From positions 17,448 through 81,447 of the forward strand of contig JBDTSG010000094.1 in the NCBI GenBank assembly GCA_039931265.1: a stretch of 64,000 nt of DNA. The letters run 5' to 3'. Source of the stretch: Flavobacteriales bacterium. Lineage in GTDB: Bacteria > Bacteroidota > Bacteroidia > Flavobacteriales_F > PHOS-HE28. Every line of letters starts with the position of its first letter. Position 1 is the first letter of the stretch. Both the position numbers and the translations under genes were made by a program. Below the pieces are notes generated by a model. The model ran no database searches. It was not told the origin of the DNA and worked only from the letters and a program-made list of their open reading frames with translations. Below, one piece after another: positions 8,839 through 18,664 of the stretch.

Positions 8839-10071
8839 TCAGATCGTGGCGTCGCGCACGCGTTCGCGCTTCACCATCCTTTCCAACGCGTACAGCAACG
8901 CCACTGCCACCAGCAGCATGCCGGTGAAGAGGTACCATGTGGCCGCGTAGCCGAAGTGCGCGATCAGGTTAAGCCCGAGGGTATGCCCGAGGATGTGCGC
9001 CACGCTCCACGCGATGGTGAAGAGCGCCATGTACGCGCCGGGCTGTCCACGATCTGACCGATCGTAGGCGAAGCGGTTCATGAACGGGAAGTTGAGCATC
9101 TCGCCCACGGTAACGAACACCATGCCCACCCACAGGAAGCCGACCACCGGAAAGACATTGAGCACCACGAAGCTGAGGGCGATGAGCAGCACGCTGGAAC
9201 GCAGGGTGGCGTGCAACGCGAAGCCGCGCGTTTCGCAGTATTTCACCAGCGGCATTTCCAAGAGGAAGATGAGCAGGCCGTTGACGCCGAGCAGTACGCC
9301 GATGTATTCCTCGCTGAGGTGGTGCACCTGGCTGTAGAACAAGGGGATCGTGCTGAAGTACTGCAGGAAGGGAATGCTGATGAGCACAGTGGTGAGCAGG
9401 AAGAAGATGTAGGGCTTGTCGCGGTACGGTGAGCCGGTGGCGCTGGAACGCGCGGCCACGCCGTCCTTCATCGCTTGTTTCCGCGGAAGTCCGGACCACA
9501 TGAGGGCCGCCGCCGCGAAGCATGTGAGACCGTCCACCCAGAAAAGCCCGCCGTAACCCCAACCGGTGATGATGAGCCCACCGATGGCCGGCCCCATGCT
9601 GAAGCCGAGGTTGATGGCCAAGCGGATCAGCGATACCGCGCGCGTGCGGTCCTCGGGCCGCGCATAGCTGCGCAGCGCGACGAACATGGCGGGGCGGAAA
9701 GCATCGCTCAGCACCATGAGCACGAAGACGCCCACACAGAACGGCACGAAGCTGTGCGCGGTCTGCAACACGAGGAAGGCGACGCTCGAGGAGAGCAGCG
9801 CACCGATCATGATGTCGTAGAAGCCCAGCTTGTCGGTGAGCTTGCCACCGAGCCAGGAACCCAGCACCGAACCCGCGCCGAAGCAGCTCATGATCCAGCC
9901 CACCTGCTCGAGGGTAAGGCCCATGTCCTTGGTGAGGTAGAGCGAGAGGAAGGGCACCACCATGGTGCCCGCGCGGTTCACGAACGTTACGAGCGCCAGC
10001 AACCACACCTCCCGGCTGAAGCCTTTGAAGGAGTCCACATAGAAACGGTAAGCCTTGGCAAGCGCGCGCAC
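8839..10071 (-). CDS. MFS transporter
   Basis: About 12 hydrophobic segments; motif A GGKLTDKLG; NLGFSMGPAIGG. Confidence 0.93.
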   Translation of the reverse strand: MRALAKAYRFYVDSFKGFSREVWLLALVTFVNRAGTMVVPFLSLYLTKDMGLTLEQVGWIMSCFGAGSVLGSWLGGKLTDKLGFYDIMIGALLSSSVAFLVLQTAHSFVPFCVGVFVLMVLSDAFRPAMFVALRSYARPEDRTRAVSLIRLAINLGFSMGPAIGGLIITGWGYGGLFWVDGLTCFAAAALMWSGLPRKQAMKDGVAARSSATGSPYRDKPYIFFLLTTVLISIPFLQYFSTIPLFYSQVHHLSEEYIGVLLGVNGLLIFLLEMPLVKYCETRGFALHATLRSSVLLIALSFVVLNVFPVVGFLWVGMVFVTVGEMLNFPFMNRFAYDRSDRGQPGAYMALFTIAWSVAHILGHTLGLNLIAHFGYAATWYLFTGMLLVAVALLYALERMVKRERVRDATI

Positions 10072-10075
10072 GCGG

Positions 10076-10083
10076 CAAACCTA
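10076..10083 (-). promoter_or_regulatory. Bacteroidota -7 box immediately upstream of the MFS start (near-leaderless)
   Basis: TAGGTTTG ends 4 nt before the GTG start at 10071. Confidence 0.55.
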
Positions 10084-10134
10084 TCGGTGCGCCGGGATCG
10101 GGATCGAACAAGCAGTACCAACCGCACCCCCGTG

Positions 10135-10542
10135 CTACTCCATCTCCACGGTGAAGGAATTCGCGCGCACCAAGGTTTGCGGACCGAGGACATGGAAGCC
10201 ATTGCGCACGGGCGCATCAGCGATGCGCGTGATGCTGTCCGGGACGAGGATGATGCGCGGCGTGCGCGCACCGAGCGGGGCGCGGAAGAGCACCTTCACA
10301 TCGTGCATGCCCGTCTGCTTGTCGGGCCACAGCGGTTGCACCGCCAGCACGTCCATCGTCAGGAAGCGGTCGCGCGGTGTGGCATAGAGGAACCCGCCCT
10401 TGAACTCGGGACGCCAGTCGGGCGGCAGCACGCGTACGACCGTGCTGCCATTGAACAACGTGAACTGGAACTCGCCGGAGGATTGCGCCAACGCAGCACG
10501 CGGCACCAGTGCAACGAGCGCTATGAGGATCCACCGTGTCAT
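10135..10542 (-). CDS. Hypothetical secreted protein
   Basis: Signal peptide MTRWILIALVALVPRAALAQ. Confidence 0.65.
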   Translation of the reverse strand: MTRWILIALVALVPRAALAQSSGEFQFTLFNGSTVVRVLPPDWRPEFKGGFLYATPRDRFLTMDVLAVQPLWPDKQTGMHDVKVLFRAPLGARTPRIILVPDSITRIADAPVRNGFHVLGPQTLVRANSFTVEME

Positions 10543-10596
10543 GCCGCCCTGCGCGCAACAAGCCTGCCGCGCGCCATGGCGTGACAAAGTAGCCGC

Positions 10597-12201
10597 TCAC
10601 TCCTTCACCACGCGCGTGCGCATCACCTGCGCGCCGCGCTGCACCAGCACCGTGTAGGTGCCCGGTGAAAGTCGCAGGCCCAGTTCGTTGCCCAGACCCG
10701 CAGCCTCTTCCACCGTGCGTCCGCTGGCATCGATGATGCGCACCGCAACGGCAGCATCGGAAAGCGCTCCGCCACTGACCAAGTGGAAGGAGGTGGAGAA
10801 AAGTGAAGGGCAAGCAACGAGACCGGCTTCGGCTTCCGCGATCAGCCCGATGCCGGTGCCCAACGCGGGATCAACGCGCGCTACCACGGAGCCACGCACG
10901 GCCATGGGATCCACGGTGAACGGACCGAAGGTGAACGGATCGCCGGTGGTGGCCACGAGATGGCAGATGCCGTCGTGCGTTACTGCAAGGTCGTGCACCA
11001 CATCGAGGGAAACAGCGCTACCACCCTCGATATGCGAGCGAGCGATGCCCGCGTTATCGAAACTCAACAGGCTGACCTGCTCTGTCTGCAAACCGCCGGT
11101 GTTGGAGACCATGCCGTTGCCCCAATCCACACTGCCGGAAACATTGCCCAGCACGTAGGCGTTCCCATCGTCGTCCACGCCGAGACCCATCCCCTGCCCT
11201 ATTCCGAAACGACCGATGATGCCGGCTTGCGGAGGTTCAACGCCCCATTCGAACACGCCCGAGCTGTCGAGGCGGGTGAGGAAGAAGGAAGTGTTCCACT
11301 CCGGCGCATTGAAGTGCACGTTGCCCCACGATACCGAGTCCAGCTGCGATCCGAGCAGGTAGGCGTGATCTTCCCCATCGGCCACCACACGCGGACGTTG
11401 GAAGGTGACATCGTGCGCGATGTGCAACCATTGTGCATCGCCCGCAGCGTTCATGCGCGCCAGGAAGAAGTTGTATTGCTCCACCACCGGAAAGGTGGTG
11501 CCGTTGATCGACACGCTGGGTACCGAAGCCGAACCCGAGACGTACATGCCGCCCGACGGATCGAAACAGATGTTGCCGATCGTCTTGGTCTCGAGCAAAA
11601 GGCGCGTGATCACCGGAAGTCCGTCGTTATTGAGCCGCACCAGCTTGGAGCCGAAGAAGGTGGAGAGGGCCACCCAGAGCTGCCCTTGCGGATCGAACGC
11701 GAGCGAAGCCACGCTCACATCATCGATCTGCCCGCCGGACTTGTCGTGCTGCCACAGCAACAGACCGTCCGCATCGAACGCACAGATGAAGGATCCCATG
11801 CCCGTGTGGAACGGAGGCACGGCCACCGTGGGATCGCCATCGATCACCAAGTGCCCGAAGTAGCGCCCACCGATCACCACCGTACCGGCCGCGTTGCTGG
11901 TGATGCTCTCCACCTTCACCGAATCATTGAGCACGACGGTCCACACCGGATCGCCGTTGGCATTCAACCGGGAGAGCGAATTGCGGCCAAGGATGTCGTT
12001 CCCATAAAGGATCGTCGCGGAGTCGAGGCCTGCCACGTACACATGATCGGGATCGCGTGCGCAGAGCACATCGGTCGGGAGGCTCGGGTTCAAGTTGAAG
12101 GAATTCGGCGCGACCGTGAGCCACTGCACCTGTTGCGCGGAAAGGAGTTGCGGGAGGAGGCTTGCGGCGAGTGCGGCAGCGAAGAATGAAGTGCGGAACA
12201 T
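10597..12201 (-). CDS. Beta-propeller-like secreted protein with T9SS CTD
   Basis: Signal MFRTSFFAAALAASLLPQLLSAQ; SBBP-like repeats; CTD ...IIDASGRTV...PGTYTV...RVVKE. Confidence 0.85.
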   Translation of the reverse strand: MFRTSFFAAALAASLLPQLLSAQQVQWLTVAPNSFNLNPSLPTDVLCARDPDHVYVAGLDSATILYGNDILGRNSLSRLNANGDPVWTVVLNDSVKVESITSNAAGTVVIGGRYFGHLVIDGDPTVAVPPFHTGMGSFICAFDADGLLLWQHDKSGGQIDDVSVASLAFDPQGQLWVALSTFFGSKLVRLNNDGLPVITRLLLETKTIGNICFDPSGGMYVSGSASVPSVSINGTTFPVVEQYNFFLARMNAAGDAQWLHIAHDVTFQRPRVVADGEDHAYLLGSQLDSVSWGNVHFNAPEWNTSFFLTRLDSSGVFEWGVEPPQAGIIGRFGIGQGMGLGVDDDGNAYVLGNVSGSVDWGNGMVSNTGGLQTEQVSLLSFDNAGIARSHIEGGSAVSLDVVHDLAVTHDGICHLVATTGDPFTFGPFTVDPMAVRGSVVARVDPALGTGIGLIAEAEAGLVACPSLFSTSFHLVSGGALSDAAVAVRIIDASGRTVEEAAGLGNELGLRLSPGTYTVLVQRGAQVMRTRVVKE

Positions 12202-12416
12202 GATGAACGTGTTGTTGGTTGGACGGACGACCGATCGCGGATGGCGCCCCGGGTTCGTTGTTCGGGTGATGCGCTTGTCCATGGCCGTCCAAGGACAACA
12301 GGAACCGGTCAAGCCACTGGTTGGATGTTCTGGTTGGTGCGGAACAGGTTGGTCGGGTCCCCGGCATTGAACAGCAGCATCACCAAAACCTCCTTGTGGA
12401 GGATGCTCTCGGGCAG

Positions 12417-12438
12417 GAAGGGGCCGTTCGGCCCCTTC
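12417..12438. promoter_or_regulatory. Perfect palindrome between divergent T9SS genes (operator or hairpin)
   Basis: gaaggggccg-tt-cggccccttc. Confidence 0.35.
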
Positions 12439-12504
12439 GACGAACGCACGCGCCTCCTTCCGATGTCGGTCCCATGTTTGTCACATCGGGAGAAAGGGCC
12501 GACC

Positions 12505-13248
12505 ATGCAAAAGCGATCCAAAATTCTTCTTGCATTGTGCAACGGCACGTTGACCGCAGCAGCGCAGTGCAGCATCGACCTTCCTACGGACACGGTACAC
12601 CTCTACCTGGGCTACGAACCGCTGACCTGCACCACGTTGGAACCTGTTGTGAACAGTGCCCGTTCCCACGAGCTGGTGTGGAGCAACGGCCTCACTGCTT
12701 CCGCGATCGACGTATGTGCGACCGCGAGCGAATGGTACTTCGTGGCGTTGATGGGCGACAAGGACTGCTACGCGGCTGATTCGGTTTTCGTGAACGTGGT
12801 GGATGCGCGCTGCGACGACGGCAAGGTGCGCATGTGCCATACCCCGCCGAACAACCCGTCCACCATGTACACCATCTGCGTAGACCGGGATGACGTAGCG
12901 ACCCATTTGGATCACGGATGCGTTCTGGGCGATTGCGGTTTCACCACGGGCTTGTCGGCAACCGAAGACCCACAGGGCTATACGGTGCTGGTGAGCATAG
13001 CACCGAACCCCATGGATGGCAGTGGCACTTTGCGTGTGGTCAGCCTCCGATCACAGCATGTGCTCGTGCGCGCCCTCGACCCGACCGGTCGCGAGCTCAT
13101 GGTCTTTCTCGATGAGGAACTCCAAGCGAACGAGGAGCGGCAGATCGCCATGGACGGCAGCAATTTCCCGCCGGGCTTGGCAGCGGCATGGATCGAAGGC
13201 CAGGGAAGATCCGAGCGCCGGGTACAGCCGCTCATCCTGGCACGCTAG
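12505..13248 (+). CDS. Cys-rich secreted protein with KVxxCH...HLxHG..LGxC motif and a divergent T9SS-like CTD
   Basis: Signal ending AAAQC; GKVRMCHTPPNNP...ATHLDHGCVLGDC; IAPNP...DPTGR. Confidence 0.75.
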   Translation: MQKRSKILLALCNGTLTAAAQCSIDLPTDTVHLYLGYEPLTCTTLEPVVNSARSHELVWSNGLTASAIDVCATASEWYFVALMGDKDCYAADSVFVNVVDARCDDGKVRMCHTPPNNPSTMYTICVDRDDVATHLDHGCVLGDCGFTTGLSATEDPQGYTVLVSIAPNPMDGSGTLRVVSLRSQHVLVRALDPTGRELMVFLDEELQANEERQIAMDGSNFPPGLAAAWIEGQGRSERRVQPLILAR

Positions 13249-13268
13249 GCCTGCATCAACGTTCCGCT

Positions 13269-14354
13269 TTACACCGGGCCATGCGGCCTTGGCTTGATAT
13301 ACCGGCTTGGATCCACGCCGATGGTTGTGCAGAGTTCGCGCACGGCCTTCTCCCGCTCCTTCATGTCCTCCGTATTGAAGCGCAAGAAGAAGGGCCGGTG
13401 GTCCCAATCGAACGCTGAAGCGGACTTTCCGTTCAGGAAATAGAGCATTGCAGCATAGTGGCAAGCGGTGCCGCCGTCGCGCTCCATGAGGCCGCGCAAA
13501 AGGGTGGTGATGATCTCCGGCGGATGGAACGACTCCACTTGGAGCAACGCCGTTGTGAGACCACCGGACCGGTCGCCTTGCTGCAAGACTTGAACAAGCG
13601 ACGCCGTACGCTGCGGTTGCGAGATCAGCTCCGGTGCGTACGAATGCACGGCCATCCGTACAGCGGAACTACCGCTGTTGAATGCTTGCTTCAAGGCCTC
13701 CTTCGCACGGTCCGTGCCCAGCGCAGCCAGTGCTTCAACGTCGCGCCAATCCTCATTCCTTCGTTGGATGAGCAGGCCCTCGATGGCGTTCCGTTCTTCC
13801 GCAGTCGCCTGTGGGATCAGCTCAAGATCATAGCCAATGCCATCGTGCCACTTGTCGTAGTCGATCTGCATACTTGCCTTGAAACGGGCCAAGACAGAGT
13901 TCGGATCATGGATCAGCTTTTCCCAGATGGCGCGCTCTGCCGGTGTGGCATCGCTGTACGCGGAACGTCCGGTATTCGGCACATTCGCTGGAGGATCGGG
14001 GATCGCGTTCGATGCGGCGTAACTCGCTTCAAGCTTCGCGCGGATGGCATCCATGTCCGGCTCCGGTTCGGGCGCATGCGGTGGTTCCAGCACGAAGAAG
14101 TGCCGCTTGTCATCGGTGAATTCACCGGAGTAGCTGCTGCTGTTGCGGTCGTAGAAATCAAGGTCGGCGGTATTCCCGCGTGGTCGTGAGGATACGGGCA
14201 GTGCCAGTTTGATGTATGCTCCGCACGGTGCCGCAGGAAAGCCGTGCGCGAACTCAGCGATCGAATTGCCTGCTGCGAGTTCAGCCATCACCAACTCGCG
14301 CAGCACGGCCGGGAATTCCGCGAACTCTTTCTCGTTCTCCTTCGGGATGCTCAT
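13269..14354 (-). CDS. Hypothetical two-domain protein with C-terminal HEAT-like helical repeats
   Basis: N-terminal domain, a Pro-rich linker, then DVEALAALGTDRAKEALKQA.. HEAT/PBS-like units. Last gene of the six-gene operon. Confidence 0.78.
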   Translation of the reverse strand: MSIPKENEKEFAEFPAVLRELVMAELAAGNSIAEFAHGFPAAPCGAYIKLALPVSSRPRGNTADLDFYDRNSSSYSGEFTDDKRHFFVLEPPHAPEPEPDMDAIRAKLEASYAASNAIPDPPANVPNTGRSAYSDATPAERAIWEKLIHDPNSVLARFKASMQIDYDKWHDGIGYDLELIPQATAEERNAIEGLLIQRRNEDWRDVEALAALGTDRAKEALKQAFNSGSSAVRMAVHSYAPELISQPQRTASLVQVLQQGDRSGGLTTALLQVESFHPPEIITTLLRGLMERDGGTACHYAAMLYFLNGKSASAFDWDHRPFFLRFNTEDMKEREKAVRELCTTIGVDPSRYIKPRPHGPV

Positions 14355-14374
14355 GGCGTGCGCATTGCTCAGCT

Positions 14375-15373
14375 TCAGGTCGGATCCACCCTTTCCTTGA
14401 AGTCGGCAATGACCGGGGCGAAATCCACACCGGTGCTTGCGAATTTCTCAGGGAGAACACCGAACATCTCCGTACCCCAGCGACGCAGATCCCTGAGGTT
14501 CTTCTTCGTGGTGTAGTTGGGTGCGGGAATGCGACCCACCCAACGCTGCATGGCCGAACGCGCTGGGCTGGCGAGACGGGCTTGCTCGGCAGGAGTCAGC
14601 GTTGCGCTGTAGAGGAACTCGACCGCAGGCTCCACATAGCCGGTCTCCAATTCGGTGGAGAGCCTTTCCGGAAAGTCAGGGTGTGAGCGCAGGCGAGCGG
14701 TGGCGGCCTCTCGTATTTCGCGGCTGGCATACCGGGTCGCCAAGCCGAGGAGCTCGTCGAAACCGGTCTGCGGATCAAGCGTGGATACCTTGGTGAGAAT
14801 TTCCTGCGATGATGGCCCGTTGAGGCGTTGAGCGATGTTCGCTATACCGCCGACACCCTCGGTGGCGAGCCAATAGCCGCCAAAGCCAACGCCGCCGACA
14901 AGGCACAGCCCGGCGCCAATGGTCCACGGTAACCGAACGGTTCGCGGAGAAATTCCGAGCTGCGGATTCAGGCTCAAGACGATCAGCAACATGGTGGCGA
15001 GGAGAACAAGGAGAAGCGGCAGATAATAGATGAAGCTCGGCGCGAATCCCGGCCGGATATAGCTGCCGACGAGCACGAACGAAACGACCGTCAGCGCGAG
15101 TGCCGCGGCCACGGTGAGCACGTAAAGGGCGGGACGGCCAAGTCGCAGCCAGTCAAATCCACCACTGCCGGTCACGCACAGCAACCCGGCCATCAGCAGC
15201 AGCCACATGGGGGTCAATATGTACAGGGCGGGCGTCACCCATGAAGAGTCGCTCAGGTGTTTCCGCGCGTATTCCCATAGCAGATAATTCAGCGGCACCA
15301 GGAAAATAAGGGCAGCGAGGGCGACGCAGATATTGCCGGTGGTTTGGTAGGGTGACATGGTGGGTGGGTTCAT
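14375..15373 (-). CDS. Hypothetical multi-pass membrane protein with a soluble helical C-terminal domain
   Basis: About 5 TM segments followed by a HEAT-like region (REIREAATARL). Start is 15358-15433. Confidence 0.78.
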   Translation of the reverse strand: MNPPTMSPYQTTGNICVALAALIFLVPLNYLLWEYARKHLSDSSWVTPALYILTPMWLLLMAGLLCVTGSGGFDWLRLGRPALYVLTVAAALALTVVSFVLVGSYIRPGFAPSFIYYLPLLLVLLATMLLIVLSLNPQLGISPRTVRLPWTIGAGLCLVGGVGFGGYWLATEGVGGIANIAQRLNGPSSQEILTKVSTLDPQTGFDELLGLATRYASREIREAATARLRSHPDFPERLSTELETGYVEPAVEFLYSATLTPAEQARLASPARSAMQRWVGRIPAPNYTTKKNLRDLRRWGTEMFGVLPEKFASTGVDFAPVIADFKERVDPT

Positions 15374-15511
15374 GTTTTCGGGGCACGCGCTATGCGACGA
15401 GATGATCCAATAGCTTGCCCAGCGCGGGATCACCGTTCGCAGAAATTCGCCAGAGGCAAGATCCCAACAGAGCTGCGGTGATGATAGCAGGGAGAATGGA
15501 AGCGAGCCAGT

Positions 15512-16783
15512 TCATGGGTTCTTCTCTAATGCGGACTTGTTCAGTTCATCGAGGATCACGCGCGCGTTCACCTCGATCTCGTCCAAGGCGTTGCCGGTCA
15601 CGCGATCGACCGTAAGGTCATGGATCTCCTTCACCGGTGGGCGACCATCCACACCGATACGCTGGTGGATCGTCCACCACGCCTGCTTCCAATAGTTGAA
15701 GCGCGTGTTCAAGTCCTGTCGCACTTGATAGAACGAGGCATCGTCACGCGTCAACGTGTTGAAGGCACGGATGCCGACGGCGATGGCATGCCCTTCAGCG
15801 AGTACGGCCTCCACGACTTCCGGCGCGGGCTGCTCCGGATACTCGGCCGCGCGCAAAGCATACTCGCGCGTGGTGGCCTCGGTCGATCGGATGAGTTCCG
15901 CCAATTCCACCTGGCGCTCGTTGATCGCCTTGATGACGATGGCGCTGCGTTCGTCGTTGGGCTCTTCGAACAGGAAGGGCAGCAGTTCGGCCAACGAAGG
16001 ATCGGCCTTCAGCGCAGCGAATTGCTCTGCGCGCACCACTTCAGGATCGGGCGGCGGTGGTTCGGGCTGCACCACTTGCACGCGCCAACGCATGTTGAAC
16101 TTCGCCTCTTTGGGCGGCTCCGGTTTTCCGGCATCCCAAGCCGGCTCCACCCATGTGCTCCACGTGGTGTCGCTCTGCTTCGGGTGCGCACGCAGAAAGA
16201 GGCCGAAGAGCAAACTGTTGTCCTTGTCGAACCGTACGGAGACGAATTTCTTGGAAACACTTGTCGTCAGCGGAACCGTGGCCGGCACCACCCAGTGTCC
16301 ATCGAGGAGTTGCGCTTCTTGCAGCCGTAGGTCGTGACCCGGTAAGCGACGGCCACCCGGCAGATACACCTCCGCAGTGGCGCCGTATTCATCCAACGTG
16401 TCGGGGAGAACGAAGCCTTTGGGGCAACGCACTTCGATGTCGAGTTTCAGCGGACGGCCGTCGATCTCCGGAGCGATGTCAGCGCTGAGCCGGCACAGTG
16501 CGAGCACGATCAGCGAGATGCCCAAGATGGCGCCACATGCGACACCTACGCCTTTGAGGAACCCGGGTGAGGCACCCGCCGCCACATAGCGCGCAGCCAC
16601 CATGCCGATGATGAACGACACAACACCACCGAGCAATGCGATGAAGATGACGTAGTAACCGGAAGCACCTTCGCGGCTGGAGATCCGGAACCAATCCACA
16701 CAAAGGCTCGCGATGAAGCCCGTGCAAATGAGGCCGAGGATCCCGGATATCACGGCGATGAAGAAGGAAGCGAGCCAGCTCAT
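15512..16783 (-). CDS. Hypothetical membrane protein (3 TM plus beta and helical domains)
   Basis: N-terminal TMs around ISSREGASGY, a poly-Pro linker and a helical C-terminus. Confidence 0.8.
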   Translation of the reverse strand: MSWLASFFIAVISGILGLICTGFIASLCVDWFRISSREGASGYYVIFIALLGGVVSFIIGMVAARYVAAGASPGFLKGVGVACGAILGISLIVLALCRLSADIAPEIDGRPLKLDIEVRCPKGFVLPDTLDEYGATAEVYLPGGRRLPGHDLRLQEAQLLDGHWVVPATVPLTTSVSKKFVSVRFDKDNSLLFGLFLRAHPKQSDTTWSTWVEPAWDAGKPEPPKEAKFNMRWRVQVVQPEPPPPDPEVVRAEQFAALKADPSLAELLPFLFEEPNDERSAIVIKAINERQVELAELIRSTEATTREYALRAAEYPEQPAPEVVEAVLAEGHAIAVGIRAFNTLTRDDASFYQVRQDLNTRFNYWKQAWWTIHQRIGVDGRPPVKEIHDLTVDRVTGNALDEIEVNARVILDELNKSALEKNP

Positions 16784-16843
16784 GGGCGGTGGTGCGTTAG
16801 GTTGAAGTTCGATCCCGCGCCGGTGTGTTCCCGTGGAGGTCCA

Positions 16844-17113
16844 CTAGAGCAGCGCAATGAAGAAAACGATACCCATGACCACCACAGGGATGAACGCGAT
16901 CAACGCCGCCCAAGCGATCTGGCCATTGCGCATCAGAACGATGCTGGCGATCACGCATACCAATGCAAGGATGCTGAGCCCACCAGCCCAGAGCTTCATG
17001 GAGCGGATCTGTTCGGGACCCGCGTTCGCTGCTCCTGCCGCATGGAACACGAGCATCAGGAGCGTCGTTCCTACGGTACACACCATGGCGGCGATGGGCA
17101 ACAGGTACTTCAT
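16844..17113 (-). CDS. Small 3-TM hypothetical protein
   Basis: Three hydrophobic segments; lies in the operon with 39-nt and 60-nt gaps. Confidence 0.72.
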   Translation of the reverse strand: MKYLLPIAAMVCTVGTTLLMLVFHAAGAANAGPEQIRSMKLWAGGLSILALVCVIASIVLMRNGQIAWAALIAFIPVVVMGIVFFIALL

Positions 17114-17152
17114 GGTCGTCGTTCGTGGTTCCGGTTGGTTGGTGCAAGATCA

Positions 17153-18664
17153 TCAAGCCCCGGGGTCGCTGCCGTAATCGGACACGAGTTGCTCCCGGAA
17201 TTCATCGCGCTCCTCCGAGAGCGCTGTGCCCTCCCCACCGCTAGTGGCCATGCTGGCATAGAAGAAGATGAAGTGACTGGACTTCTTGAACGCGGCAAGA
17301 GCACCAGGTGCATCACCCGCGCTCTTCAGTCGCAGCATTCGCAACCGGTACATGTCGGCGGTCGCGTGGGCAAAGGCCAGATGCGGGACACCATCACGGA
17401 TCACTTGCTCCGCCTCTTCCAAGCGATCCTGCTGCTCCAAGGCCACCGCTTTGTTCCACCATGCTGGCAGATCTTTCGGGGCTGGCACTGATGCAGGCGC
17501 TTCTCGACGTTCAGGCTCGAAAGAGCAGCTATTGAGGATAAGCTCAGCAAGGTTGCACGCTGCGGTCCTACGCTCAGGTGAAGTGGTGACGCGGGCGCGG
17601 AGCACCATTTCATCGGTCCGGTGTGGGAAGAGCATGTGGTACTGCTCGATCGCCTGGCCACCGACCGCGATGTTGCGCACGCCGAGCGCTTCGATCTTGC
17701 CGTATGCAAAGCGCATACACTCCGGCTCCGGGTAGTCCTTCCTCACCTGCGCTTCCAATTCGTTCAGGAGTTCGTCATAGTCACGGCCTTCCGTCGCCAT
17801 GGTGTTGAGGCTGATCTGCACCTCGTCCTTCGGATCCAGCACCAGCGTTCGTTTTCCGTCGTCGATCACGTACCATCCGTAAGGGACGTTGAAGTGCGCG
17901 AGGATCGCTCCCCCAGCGAGCGTCGCGACTTTCGTTGCATCGTCCGTGGCGATCACCTTCGGGACAAGTCCGATCCCCTTATCGCGCAGGTTCGCGTTCA
18001 CCTTGGCTTCCGGATCCAGCGAGGCCGCTGTGCCAGCGAACGCGAAGTCAGCGAACGTGGGATCCTTCTCGGCTACGGGCTCTGGTGGTTCGGGTGCCTC
18101 GGACGCGAACTTGTGCGCTTCGATGTCCGGATCCACCGCTGGAGGTGGCGCTGGCGTTGCGGTCTCTTCGGTGAAGCGCGAACCCTTGGGTGTTTCCAAC
18201 GCGAACGAACCGATCATGGCGAACCATGCTTCGCGCACAGCATCGGCGAGCAGTTCGGGAGCTGTCAACGTGAGGTTGATCAGGCGTCCGCCATCCTCCA
18301 AGAACGCGAAGCGCACCACCATCGTTCCCAGTTCCGACGGTTGCGTGGCCTCCCCCATCATGGCCGTTACACCTGCGATCCGGGCAGGGCCGATCGCACG
18401 GGCCGTGAGCTGGTTGTTGTTCAGGTTGTACCATGCCCAATCGTGCAAGGTGCCATCATCGTATGCTGGTCGCGCGGCGAAGGCGAACACGATGGCTGCG
18501 TGCGGGGCAGTGACCAACGCGAGTGGAAAAAACGAGGTCGGGTTCGAGAAGTCCGGTTCTTCCGGCGGCAGTTCATGCGCGATCCAATCCACAGGGATTT
18601 GCGCGCTGAAGCCCAACTCAGCAACGCGATCAGTGAACTTCCGCAGTGAGAGATCCATTGGCAT
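17153..18664 (-). CDS. Hypothetical protein with two PsbP/Mog1/DUF1795-like domains and a TPR-like C-terminus
   Basis: Two 'FxxPxxW' openings (FSAQIPVDW, FNVPYGW) ending 'MIGSFAL' and 'ILNSCSF'; C-terminal AVALEQQDRLEEAEQVI. The fold assignment is tentative. Confidence 0.75.
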   Translation of the reverse strand: MPMDLSLRKFTDRVAELGFSAQIPVDWIAHELPPEEPDFSNPTSFFPLALVTAPHAAIVFAFAARPAYDDGTLHDWAWYNLNNNQLTARAIGPARIAGVTAMMGEATQPSELGTMVVRFAFLEDGGRLINLTLTAPELLADAVREAWFAMIGSFALETPKGSRFTEETATPAPPPAVDPDIEAHKFASEAPEPPEPVAEKDPTFADFAFAGTAASLDPEAKVNANLRDKGIGLVPKVIATDDATKVATLAGGAILAHFNVPYGWYVIDDGKRTLVLDPKDEVQISLNTMATEGRDYDELLNELEAQVRKDYPEPECMRFAYGKIEALGVRNIAVGGQAIEQYHMLFPHRTDEMVLRARVTTSPERRTAACNLAELILNSCSFEPERREAPASVPAPKDLPAWWNKAVALEQQDRLEEAEQVIRDGVPHLAFAHATADMYRLRMLRLKSAGDAPGALAAFKKSSHFIFFYASMATSGGEGTALSEERDEFREQLVSDYGSDPGA